The notes under the pieces were generated by a model. It had not been told where the DNA came from, did no database searches, and saw only the letters and a program-made list of their open reading frames with translations. Below, one piece after another: positions 17,519 through 25,459 of a stretch of DNA of 32,000 nucleotides. The position numbers and the translations under genes are program-made. The stretch is from Breznakia blatticola. Its GTDB lineage: Bacteria; Bacillota_I; Bacilli_A; Erysipelotrichales; Erysipelotrichaceae. The first letter of the stretch is position 1. Each line of letters begins with the position of its first letter. Location: the NCBI RefSeq assembly GCF_004365815.1, contig NZ_SODD01000024.1, forward strand, positions 1 through 32,000, given 5' to 3'.

Positions 17519-18844
17519 ATGAAGAAATTATTACTCATTACAAGCTTACTATTCGCAAGCTTTTTCATGCACGCGCAAAACGATACACTTTATGCAAATA
17601 CAACTACTGTCAGTTTTGATGTTGTAGGTAACGTATTCGATTACGGTGCACAAATCAATCAAGTGAAAATTCACTATGATGTGCCAGTTCAAACAGATGC
17701 AATCACAAACGATACATATCAAGTAACTACAGATTACGCACTTGAAGGTGTTGAAGTTGAAAACGGTGAAAGAATCATCGAACAAATCGAATTTGAAAAT
17801 GAAAACAAGACAGTTATCTTACACCTATCTTATGGTGTAGACGTTGGTCTTGCCTATGTATTGTATTGGGATGATGATGCATTTTTAAATCATCCATTAA
17901 CGGTTCAATATCAACTAACATCAAAAGCAATTCCATTAGCAGATGGAAGTGAACTACAACCGACTTACAATCAAGGTAACGTTAGTTTTGGCTCAGTTGA
18001 TGCTTTTACTAGTGGTGAAAGTAGTAGTGGTATCCACTATCGTGATTATAAGCCTAAAGATGACGGCAACAAGCATCCACTAATTATCTGGTTCCATGGC
18101 GCTGGTGAAGGTGGAGAAAACAACATTACACAAATATTAGGTAATAAAGGTGCATCTGCATTCGTTAGCGATGAAGCACAAACTGTATTTGATGTCCCAT
18201 ATGTTCTTGCACCTCAAAGTTCGACCTTTTGGATGCCGGAATTAACCTTATGGGATGAATTAACTCTAACTGGTGAAGATCAAACCGAAGCAGTTGTCGA
18301 CATGATAAAAGAATACATCGAACAAAACCCTAACATCGATACAGACCGTGTGTATATCGGTGGAGGCTCAATGGGAGGTTACCAAGTATGGAAAACGCTA
18401 TTTGCTGCTCCAGAATTGTTTGCAGCTGCTTTCCCTATTTGCCAAGCCTATGAAGTGCCGCAGGATAAACTAGAAACCGTTAAAGACATCCCTATTTGGA
18501 TGGCTCACACAAAAACGGATGATACCATTCCAGTAAGTTATTCTCAAGACGCATATACGAACGCGAAAGCTCTTGGTCTAAATATTACATACACGGAATT
18601 TGAGAGTGTTGAAGTTGACGGAGTTGAACTTGAAACACATGCAGCATGGGTATATCTACTAAACAACAATGCAACTAACAAAGAAGGTGAACAATTCTTT
18701 GACTGGCTTGCAGCACAAAAGAAAGTTGATGCAATTATCGAAGATGATTCTTCAAACAGCGACACTCTATTTGTCAGTGCAATTGTTGGTGTAACTGTAG
18801 TAGCACTAGCATTTAGTTACTTACGTTCAAAGAAGCAAAATTAA
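17519..18844 (+). CDS. Secreted alpha/beta-hydrolase (esterase/peptidase S9-like) with a C-terminal membrane anchor
   Basis: Signal peptide MKKLLLITSLLFASFFMHAQ. Oxyanion region HPLIIWFHGAGEGG and nucleophile elbow GGSMGG (GxSxG). C-terminal TM plus basic tail LFVSAIVGVTVVALAFSYLRSKKQN with no LPXTG. Confidence 0.75.
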   Translation: MKKLLLITSLLFASFFMHAQNDTLYANTTTVSFDVVGNVFDYGAQINQVKIHYDVPVQTDAITNDTYQVTTDYALEGVEVENGERIIEQIEFENENKTVILHLSYGVDVGLAYVLYWDDDAFLNHPLTVQYQLTSKAIPLADGSELQPTYNQGNVSFGSVDAFTSGESSSGIHYRDYKPKDDGNKHPLIIWFHGAGEGGENNITQILGNKGASAFVSDEAQTVFDVPYVLAPQSSTFWMPELTLWDELTLTGEDQTEAVVDMIKEYIEQNPNIDTDRVYIGGGSMGGYQVWKTLFAAPELFAAAFPICQAYEVPQDKLETVKDIPIWMAHTKTDDTIPVSYSQDAYTNAKALGLNITYTEFESVEVDGVELETHAAWVYLLNNNATNKEGEQFFDWLAAQKKVDAIIEDDSSNSDTLFVSAIVGVTVVALAFSYLRSKKQN

Positions 18845-18847
18845 TGT

Positions 18848-18881
18848 AAAATGACAGCTGTTCCATTTCAGCTGTCATTTT
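18848..18881. terminator. Strong hairpin terminator (13-bp perfect stem), potentially bidirectional
   Basis: aaaatgacagctg (18848-18860), an 8-nt loop, cagctgtcatttt (18869-18881), 4 nt after the stop at 18844. A/T runs are built into both arms. Confidence 0.8.
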
Positions 18882-19144
18882 ATGATAGTTTGTGTAAAGT
18901 TTTATATTCTCATAAAACCATACATATTTAGTTTGTCTCACTTTTCTTCTTAGCTATATTGTTTCTTTAATAAACAAATAATCGTAAATCATGATGTTAT
19001 GTATAGTTATGAAACCCACACTTTGAGTTTTTTATAAAATAATAATACCTGTTACTTGTAAAACTTTATTATTCTATTTTTCGTCTTTTCTACATTTCTT
19101 TAAGGTTGTTAAATTCTATAAAACTATATCCTAAGCAAATTCAT

Positions 19145-20416
19145 TTATCCAAAAAATGACAATTGATCAATACTTTTAGTATTTTTCTTACTTTCATTTA
19201 TTATCTTTTGTTCATTTTTCAGCAATTGAGAGAATTTCTCAGATATTTTTCTATATTTAACTAATCTTGGCTCAATATCTTTGCAAACAGTTTTTGCTTC
19301 TGAGATTTCCTCTTTTTCTGATACTGTTAATTTCTCATTTTTATATTGCTCTAGTGTATTAATTAAATCATTTATATTCTTTAGATTTTTAACCATCATT
19401 TCCCCATTAATGACATAGAAAAACTTAACATACTTATTATTTAATAATAGTTGAATTGTATTCCTTAGAGTACCTGAGCTAACTTCTATTGCACCGTATC
19501 TATTTATAATAATTGGCTTAAATATTGACAATCCCCAATCCGCGACTTCAGCCATTTGTCTATCTTTTTGCATTTGTTGTTGCTGTCGTTTAAGCAATTC
19601 ATCAACCTCAATTGTTTCTAATTCCCACTCAGGTTCTATTTTTACTCGGGGAGTTTGCTTGATAGTATAGATTTTTACATTTGTATATTTGGGAGAGGAT
19701 CTTAAATAATCAATTATTTCATTATCAACACCTTTCTTTGAATCTCCAATAACTATTCTTATATTTTGTTTTATTATTGATTTCAGGGATTCTTGAATGA
19801 TTTCGGGAATTTCATTTTGTGTTCTCGAACCAGAAATAAAAACTGTTTTTACCCTTGATTTGTTCATTTTCATTGACTTCAATTCATTTTCTATAATGCC
19901 TGATTTTGCTTGGTATTTATCCGATATTAACAAAATTCTATCATTAGCAATTGCACTCCGCACATCAGCATAACTAAGTAAAGTGTTAATTGGTCTATCT
20001 GTTATGAAGATAACAGAAGAAGTACATTGTTTAAAATCGGAATATGAAACTGTAATATTGGGATTGCTTATCGTAAGTAACTTTTCATTTCCAATGATAA
20101 AATACAAGTTGTTTTTTCTAATGAACTTACTCGTTATTTCTTTGGACAACTTCTGCGACTTAGAAAAGAAAACTTTTATACCTCTTTGTGAAAGTTCTTC
20201 TAATCTAAGACTTAGTTTTATCCCTTGATTTAATTGGTTAGTGATTTTATTTCTTAAATCATCTGGCATAGAAATTTTGCTAATGTGATCCCTCTCAATA
20301 AATTCATTAATGTTATAGTTTACAAGTTTATCTTTTTCTATATCATTTAATGTACTGTCCAACAAATCACTTTCTAAAGCTATAAGTATTTTTTCAATTG
20401 CACTATACTGTGACAT
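19145..20416 (-). CDS. DprA/SLOG-like Rossmann protein (PsyrA/RqlI-like partner of the RecQ-PRTase)
   Basis: Ordered DprA-type motifs: VFISGSR, IVIGDSKKGVD, KDRQMAEVA, SSGTLRNTIQLLLNNKYVKFFYV. Long helical N- and C-terminal extensions. Start set to ATG 20416, after AGGAGGG and 1 nt past the upstream TAG. Confidence 0.65.
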   Translation of the reverse strand: MSQYSAIEKILIALESDLLDSTLNDIEKDKLVNYNINEFIERDHISKISMPDDLRNKITNQLNQGIKLSLRLEELSQRGIKVFFSKSQKLSKEITSKFIRKNNLYFIIGNEKLLTISNPNITVSYSDFKQCTSSVIFITDRPINTLLSYADVRSAIANDRILLISDKYQAKSGIIENELKSMKMNKSRVKTVFISGSRTQNEIPEIIQESLKSIIKQNIRIVIGDSKKGVDNEIIDYLRSSPKYTNVKIYTIKQTPRVKIEPEWELETIEVDELLKRQQQQMQKDRQMAEVADWGLSIFKPIIINRYGAIEVSSGTLRNTIQLLLNNKYVKFFYVINGEMMVKNLKNINDLINTLEQYKNEKLTVSEKEEISEAKTVCKDIEPRLVKYRKISEKFSQLLKNEQKIINESKKNTKSIDQLSFFG

Positions 20417-20417
20417 A

Positions 20418-22472
20418 CTAATTCCCTCCTGTTTTAACGAGTGCAAATGGATAAACAACAGTTGCACCAGCCTTTAACAATTCAGACGCAATTACAGTAA
20501 ATGTCCATCTAGAATCAACCATATCATCAACCAACAAAATTCTTTTCCCTTGAATATATGTTTTGTTTATAGAAATTGTATTTTGAATATTCTCTTGCTG
20601 AAATCCGGAACTCAATAGTGTTTTTTGCTCTTTACCTTCTGCGTTTTTCTTTACAGCATTAATATACTGGATATTCAAATCGTTCGCTAAAGCGACAGAA
20701 AAGTTAGTCACCAAATTAGGTCTTCTTATACTTGGTACAGATACTATTAAATTAATAGTATCAACAGCCTTCCGTCTCTTTAAAAAATTCACCGAATGAT
20801 TAACTAATTTAGTTGAAAATACACAATCATCGTATTTTTCTTTTTTCACTAGTTGCCCAATCTCTGAATAATAATCATTAGATAACACCCAGCCTTCTTG
20901 CATTACTTCATTATTTGGTATACGTGCGCCTGTTGACCATTGTTTTCTTGGGAGTATCTTTCCGTGTCTGTTCGTCATATATTTAGAAGCACTTTTATAC
21001 GCATTCAAAGAAAAATCTGTCTTCATTACCTTATGACCTACACAATTTGCGCAAATCCCACACGACTCAGCAAAATCAGGTGCATTTAATTCATCTGCTA
21101 TAAATTTCATACTACATGAAGATGTCGTTAAGTATTCTTTCAACTTTTTTAACTCACTTTTTCTAGTTATATTGAGGTTTTCTTGTTTTATTCTTTCTTT
21201 CTCCTTATCAAAATGATTTGTCAAATTTGTACGATAATAAGACTTGTCTTTATAAATATAATCATGTACAAGCAAATAGTTTAATCCAACTTTTACTTTT
21301 GATGCTTTTGCATTTATTCTAGAATACAAATCATAATATTTTATCCCATCCGTTGCATATGAAATAATTTCACTTAACAAATCAGGCTTAGAGCAGGTTT
21401 CTTCCATAAAATATGTAAGAATTTCTTCATCTTCCGCTCCATGCAATAGAATGGCATATGCTAATTGTCCGTCTCTACCTGCTCGACCGATTTGTTGATA
21501 ATAGGCAATTAAATTTGAGGGTAGTTGATAATGTATTACAAATCTAATGTCAGATTTATCATACCCCATCCCCAACTTCACTGTGGCAACTAGAATTCGT
21601 ATTTCTCCTTGATCAAACAGCTCAAGATTCCTCTGTGAAGCATTGGGTTCTAAACCCGAATGATAAGAAGCAACACTTAAATCGTTTTGGTTAAGAAATT
21701 CGGCAACATTATCACAATCTCTCTGTGTTAAACAATAAATAATTCCCTGACCCTTATTTAATTTCTCATTATCTTGTAGATTATCAAGTATCCACGCTAG
21801 TCTTTCTTCACGAGTTTGCTTTGGATTTACTTGTATACTCAAATTATCTCTAATTAAATTACCTCTAACAATTTCTAAATCTTCTCCTAATTGATTTTTA
21901 ATATCATTAATGACTCTATTATTTGCTGTTGCAGTTGTTCCTAATATGGATATATCAACTGGCAAGTTATCTAAAAGCTTTACAATTCTTTGGTAATCAG
22001 GTCTAAAATCATGTCCCCAATCCGAAATAGAATGCGCTTCATCTACAACAAAGAGCTTTATGTTACTTATATTGTAAAAATTACTCATAAATACTCCATT
22101 TGATAGTCTTTCAGGAGATATAATTAATGCATCATATCTATTAAGATCCTCATAAATTCGATCCCAATCATTTTTATTATCACTATTAATTGTTACGATA
22201 TTTAAACCAATTTTTTTTGCTGTGTCAATCTGATTCTTCATTAAAGACAATAATGGACTGATAATAATTGATGGTCCTGATCCACGTTCTCTTAAAATTT
22301 TAGTAGCAATAAAATATACTATAGATTTTCCCCATCCTGTTCTTTGAACAACTAAAGTTTTTTTCTTCTCCAAAACCGAAACAATTGCACTTAATTGGCC
22401 ATCTCTAAATTCTGCATTTTCACCATATGTAGATTTTAATATTTGAATAGCTCTGTCCTTGTTATTTAACAC
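20418..22472 (-). CDS. RecQ-family DNA helicase fused to a C-terminal ComFC-type phosphoribosyltransferase-like domain (PsyrT/RqlH-like)
   Basis: RecQ motifs TGWGKS, VVDEAHSISDWGHDFRPDY, GTTATAN, SYHSGL, ATVKLGMGYDKSDIRFVIHYQLP, YYQQIGRAGRDG. Cys cluster SCGICANCVG. C-terminus VSVPSIRRPNLV..KRILLVDDMVDSRWTF..GATVVYPFALV. GTG start 6 nt after GGAGGA. Confidence 0.85.
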   Translation of the reverse strand: MLNNKDRAIQILKSTYGENAEFRDGQLSAIVSVLEKKKTLVVQRTGWGKSIVYFIATKILRERGSGPSIIISPLLSLMKNQIDTAKKIGLNIVTINSDNKNDWDRIYEDLNRYDALIISPERLSNGVFMSNFYNISNIKLFVVDEAHSISDWGHDFRPDYQRIVKLLDNLPVDISILGTTATANNRVINDIKNQLGEDLEIVRGNLIRDNLSIQVNPKQTREERLAWILDNLQDNEKLNKGQGIIYCLTQRDCDNVAEFLNQNDLSVASYHSGLEPNASQRNLELFDQGEIRILVATVKLGMGYDKSDIRFVIHYQLPSNLIAYYQQIGRAGRDGQLAYAILLHGAEDEEILTYFMEETCSKPDLLSEIISYATDGIKYYDLYSRINAKASKVKVGLNYLLVHDYIYKDKSYYRTNLTNHFDKEKERIKQENLNITRKSELKKLKEYLTTSSCSMKFIADELNAPDFAESCGICANCVGHKVMKTDFSLNAYKSASKYMTNRHGKILPRKQWSTGARIPNNEVMQEGWVLSNDYYSEIGQLVKKEKYDDCVFSTKLVNHSVNFLKRRKAVDTINLIVSVPSIRRPNLVTNFSVALANDLNIQYINAVKKNAEGKEQKTLLSSGFQQENIQNTISINKTYIQGKRILLVDDMVDSRWTFTVIASELLKAGATVVYPFALVKTGGN

Positions 22473-22508
22473 ACTTTTTCCTCCATTTCTTACTTTAAAT
22501 ATGCAAAC

Positions 22509-22537
22509 ATTATATCACGGTAAGCAAGTGAATATTA
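22509..22537 (-). promoter_or_regulatory. Candidate extended -10 promoter of the RecQ-PRTase/DprA-like operon
   Basis: On the minus strand: TGaTATAAT (22517-22509), about 37 nt upstream of the GTG start. The -35 region is poor (TAATAT). Confidence 0.35.
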
Positions 22538-22566
22538 AGAAGTTTCATCATTTAATAAAGACGAAA

Positions 22567-22614
22567 ATAGTATCACATGATAGAAAAAAAGTTACTATCA
22601 TTAATAGTATGATA
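22567..22614. promoter_or_regulatory. Cluster of TATCA/TGATA inverted repeats upstream of the RecQ-like operon (candidate operator)
   Basis: TATCAcaTGATA at 22571-22582. A second pair is TATCA (22596-22600) and TGATA (22610-22614). The direct repeat ATAGTAT[CG]A occurs at 22567-22575 and 22604-22612. Confidence 0.3.
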
Positions 22615-23072
22615 TTTTAGATTAACTAATCAAAAACAAGAGGATGTTTTGTCCCATAGAAAAACCCAATAACATAAAAATGTGCTTATTGATGTATCTT
22701 GAATAATTATAATGACTTAGCAATACTTATAACCGTGATTATAGAGAGTGTAAAATAAACTGTATAAGTCGAGAGTGTACGGCTCTGCTACACATTTTTT
22801 TATTATCTATTGCTATATAGACTGCTTCGACTTGCATTTTTGTTACCACTACATTTCGATAAACATCCACCTATGTCTCATACAATTAGTAGTGCGCCAT
22901 ATCAACTATCTATAATTTCAGTATAATCTATGAAAATATCTCTGAGTTCTATATCTTCTTTATCAATTTGATACCAACATTTATACATTTCGCTTTTGCT
23001 ACCTTTAGCTAATAAATCAAAGTTGGCATGCAAATACTTATTTGTATCAGCTGTTTATTGTAATTTAAAAGT

Positions 23073-23371
23073 GGACCACTTTCATGGCATGTTGCCATTG
23101 AAAAAGGGACCACTTATTTTTTTATTCCGGTGTATGAAATAATATAATCCGGAGGTGAAGGAGTGATAAAACTAATGAAAAAAAACGAGAGATTATTGTA
23201 AGCGTAAAATAACTAGCGCAACCTAAAAAGAACTAAGGTAACTCGTTTGAGTGTTATCTTTAGTCTTTTATTTTGGTCTTTTTTGCACATAGCATTCTTT
23301 GGATAAATCAGAGCTCGTTGGTAAAACATCAACTAGCTTAACATTGATGCTAGTATAAAAATAGGACCACT
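23073..23371 (+). repeat. Three direct copies of AAAA-N1-2-GGACCACT (possible IS-end remnants)
   Basis: GGACCACT occurs at 23073-23080, 23107-23114 and 23364-23371, each preceded by an A-run. The third lies about 75 nt upstream of the IS3 orfA ATG, where a left inverted repeat is expected. Confidence 0.3.
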
Positions 23372-23828
23372 GAAACAGAGATTTTCCGACATTTGGTATA
23401 ATGTAAGTAGATGGACGTACAGATAACTAGAGGAGGTGTTATCAATGTCAAAAGGCAAACAATACACTAAACAATTTAAGCTAGATGCAGTTCAATATCA
23501 TCTTAATCATCCAGAAATATCCATCAAGCAATGTGCCAATAACTTGAATATTGGATATAGTACATTAGGTAAATGGATTCAAGAGTTCAAAAATAGTGGC
23601 GATATTAATGTTCGTGGTAGTGGTAATTATGCAAGTGATGAAGCGAAAGAAAATGCAAGACTACGAAAAGAGTTGAAGGACACAAAAGATGCTTTAGAAA
23701 TCTTAAAAAAAGCAATGAGCATACTGGTCGATTAACTGAGAGAAAATATGTTGCAACGAAAAAATCTAAAGAAGAAGACGCATCGATCTCTGTTAACAGT
23801 GTGCTAAGAATACTCGGTGTGTCAAACA
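23362..23828 (+). mobile_element. Truncated IS3-family insertion sequence: left end, orfA, frameshift site and the first ~35 codons of orfB; DDE domain deleted
   Basis: orfA is HTH-type. An A7G slippery run lies at 23705-23712. The -1 frame continues KKSNEHTGRLTERKYVATKKSKEEDASISVNSVLRILGVSN, typical of the start of orfB, then loses similarity and stops. No integrase core follows. Confidence 0.7.
23445..23735 (+). CDS. IS3-family transposase OrfA (HTH DNA-binding subunit)
   Basis: MSKGKQYTKQFKLDAVQYHLNHPEISIKQCANNLNIGYSTLGKWIQEF..ENARLRKELKDTKDALEILKKA (HTH plus leucine zipper). ATG 23445 lies 8 nt after AGAGGAGG. The ORF-track start is an upstream GTG. Confidence 0.85.
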   Translation: MSKGKQYTKQFKLDAVQYHLNHPEISIKQCANNLNIGYSTLGKWIQEFKNSGDINVRGSGNYASDEAKENARLRKELKDTKDALEILKKAMSILVD

Positions 23829-23901
23829 TCAGAAAAGAGATTTGTAAACATCTAGTTATTTTTTTGTATTATTAACAAATTATTGGATCATTATCATATT
23901 C

Positions 23902-24801
23902 TTATATATCATTCAATCTTTCTTTAACTGTTTCTAGTGTTGGTATTGATACATAACTCCCAATGGTTTCGGTAGATATTGAAGCTGCCATTGAACTATA
24001 GATAAGTGCTTGTCTAAGCGCAAATTCATTATGAATGCAATAAGCAAATGCACCATGAAAGATATCTCCTGCTCCTGTTGTATCTATTGTATTTGTTAGA
24101 AAAGCAGGCAAATGTATTATCTTTTCATTTTCCTGATAATAACATCCCTTATCTCCAAATGTTATTACTATACAATTTGGATTAAGTTTTGATAGTTTTT
24201 CAAATGCATCATTAATATCATCATTATTATCTGGATTTAATTCCCTATTACAGTATTGTTGGGCAAAGTCTTGCGAACACACTAAGTAATCTACTAATGT
24301 ACACATCTCATGTTTTTCTTGGTTATATGATCCTGCATCCATCACTGTAATTGCATCACTATATTTTTTCATTGTTGGTAAGGCAACACTTAAGAAATGT
24401 CCATCTACTAAAATAACCTTAGGTTCACTATCAAAAGATGGAATATCTAATACTTCTTCTTTTTCATCATAAGTTACTATTGTTCGATTACCATTTACTT
24501 TATTTGTAATTATTGTACTTATTGGTGTTGAATATTCTTTAGATATCATCATTGAACTTAATTTAATACTTGTTTTACTATCGAGTTCTTTCATGATTTT
24601 ATCACCATAAAAGTCTGTTCCTAGCCTTGATACTAAATATGTATCTTCATTCCATAATGAACATAGGGCTGCTGAATTAGCTGCAGGACCACCAATACAT
24701 TCCATTTTTTCTTTTGTTTTATACTTCTTATTTTCTGATATTTCTTCTTCAATTAAAAATGTCACATCATAGACTGTTTGTCCTATACATGCTATTGCCA
24801 T
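23902..24801 (-). CDS. PfkB-family carbohydrate kinase (ribokinase/1-phosphofructokinase/tagatose-6-P kinase-like)
   Basis: N-terminal GGPAANSAA region and C-terminal DTTGAGDIFHGAFAY (PfkB signature 2). GGAGGA RBS. Confidence 0.85.
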   Translation of the reverse strand: MAIACIGQTVYDVTFLIEEEISENKKYKTKEKMECIGGPAANSAALCSLWNEDTYLVSRLGTDFYGDKIMKELDSKTSIKLSSMMISKEYSTPISTIITNKVNGNRTIVTYDEKEEVLDIPSFDSEPKVILVDGHFLSVALPTMKKYSDAITVMDAGSYNQEKHEMCTLVDYLVCSQDFAQQYCNRELNPDNNDDINDAFEKLSKLNPNCIVITFGDKGCYYQENEKIIHLPAFLTNTIDTTGAGDIFHGAFAYCIHNEFALRQALIYSSMAASISTETIGSYVSIPTLETVKERLNDI

Positions 24802-24803
24802 GA

Positions 24804-25412
24804 TTATCCTCCAATTATCTTATCTAATACTGTAAAGAGTTGCTTATATTCTATTTTATTATAATCTGTAACATCTAATTCTACTAGTTGACCTAGTTGG
24901 AAAGTATCATATCCTCGATTTTTACATCTATCAATAAATACATCATATGTTAGTAATGCATCTGCTTGTGAACGGTCATTTAATACATCTCCTTTATGAT
25001 AAGAATTCATTACATGTCCTAGATGACGATCATTAGCTAAATCTCTTGTTTTTTGTCTATCGTATAAAACATCTAAATCACCAAGTAAGCGAATTGTTAA
25101 AATAGAAAAATTATATTTATTTGCTAGTTCTTCTAATTTATCTTTTTGTTTATTACTAAAAGGATAATCAATAATTACATATTCACTATTACTCATGGTT
25201 TTATCTAAAATAATATAAAAATCATTTAATGCTTGAATATTAACTTCTAACTTTTCATCATTTGTATTATAGCCATATTCATCCCAATACTTTTCTTTTA
25301 GTTCATCAAAAGATAACCATTTCATATTTTTATATTTATCTATAATCATTTTAGTAAGATATGATTTCCCTGTTCCTGGCAATCCTCCTACTAATACCAT
25401 TACTTTATTCAT
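24804..25412 (-). CDS. P-loop NTPase, small-molecule-kinase-like ATP-binding protein
   Basis: Walker A VLVGGLPGTGKSYL, Walker B-like VIIDYPF and an Arg-rich lid YDRQKTRDLANDR. 202 aa. GGAGG RBS. Confidence 0.6.
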   Translation of the reverse strand: MNKVMVLVGGLPGTGKSYLTKMIIDKYKNMKWLSFDELKEKYWDEYGYNTNDEKLEVNIQALNDFYIILDKTMSNSEYVIIDYPFSNKQKDKLEELANKYNFSILTIRLLGDLDVLYDRQKTRDLANDRHLGHVMNSYHKGDVLNDRSQADALLTYDVFIDRCKNRGYDTFQLGQLVELDVTDYNKIEYKQLFTVLDKIIGG

Positions 25413-25430
25413 TTATACCTCCATATATAC

Positions 25431-25455
25431 AAAAGGCTAGCATTGCTAGCCTTTT
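25431..25455 (-). terminator. Intra-operon hairpin (terminator/attenuator) between the aldolase and kinase genes
   Basis: aaaaGGCTAGC-att-GCTAGCCtttt is a perfect palindromic stem with U-tracts in both orientations. It lies between the stop at 25460 and the start at 25412. Confidence 0.55.
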
Positions 25456-25459
25456 TGCT

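Noticed and set aside
7441-20420. An identical TAGTATG stop-start junction at two unrelated gene pairs (7441-7447 and 14 kb away at 20414-20420).
   Set aside because: A 7-mer coincidence in an AT-rich genome, and a common translational-coupling arrangement. It is not evidence of relatedness.
19145-22472. Possibility that the RecQ-PRTase + DprA-like pair is a completely undescribed system.
   Set aside because: The domain architecture matches what I recall for PsyrTA/RqlHI (RecQ-like helicase with a PRTase domain plus a DprA/SLOG-type partner). I report it as a divergent member of a known but mechanistically unsolved family.
22775-22801. A short hairpin (gtgta..tacac) followed by T7 on the plus strand, plus a possible long-range pairing AAGTCGA/TCGACTT (about 22768-22833).
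   Set aside because: The stem is only 5 bp and no plus-strand gene lies upstream. It is probably an orphan remnant or chance structure in AT-rich DNA.
22902-23054. A 50-codon minus-strand ORF (..ADTNKYLHANFDLLAKGSKSEMYKCWYQIDKEDIELRDIFIDYTEIIDS*) in the non-coding stretch upstream of the RecQ operon.
   Set aside because: It is bounded by an in-frame stop immediately upstream, has no SD and contains no motif I recognise. It is probably the C-terminal remnant of a disrupted gene, so I do not call it as a feature.
23175-23270. A mini-ORF MKKNERLL* (23175-23201), with an SD-like GGAG upstream, followed by an imperfect hairpin and a T-rich run (about 23227-23280), resembling a leader-peptide attenuator.
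   Set aside because: No downstream gene is in an appropriate position; the next element is the IS3 left end. The hairpin needs bulges and G-U pairs, and the region looks like decayed DNA.
3907-23444. Longer N-termini proposed by the ORF track for several genes: starts at 3933, 7476, 11810, 15992 (TTG), 17357, 20467 and 23436 (GTG).
   Set aside because: In each case an internal ATG is preceded by a good SD at 5-8 nt and removes an implausible overlap with the upstream gene. I therefore used 3906, 7443, 11759, 15974, 17267, 20416 and 23445.
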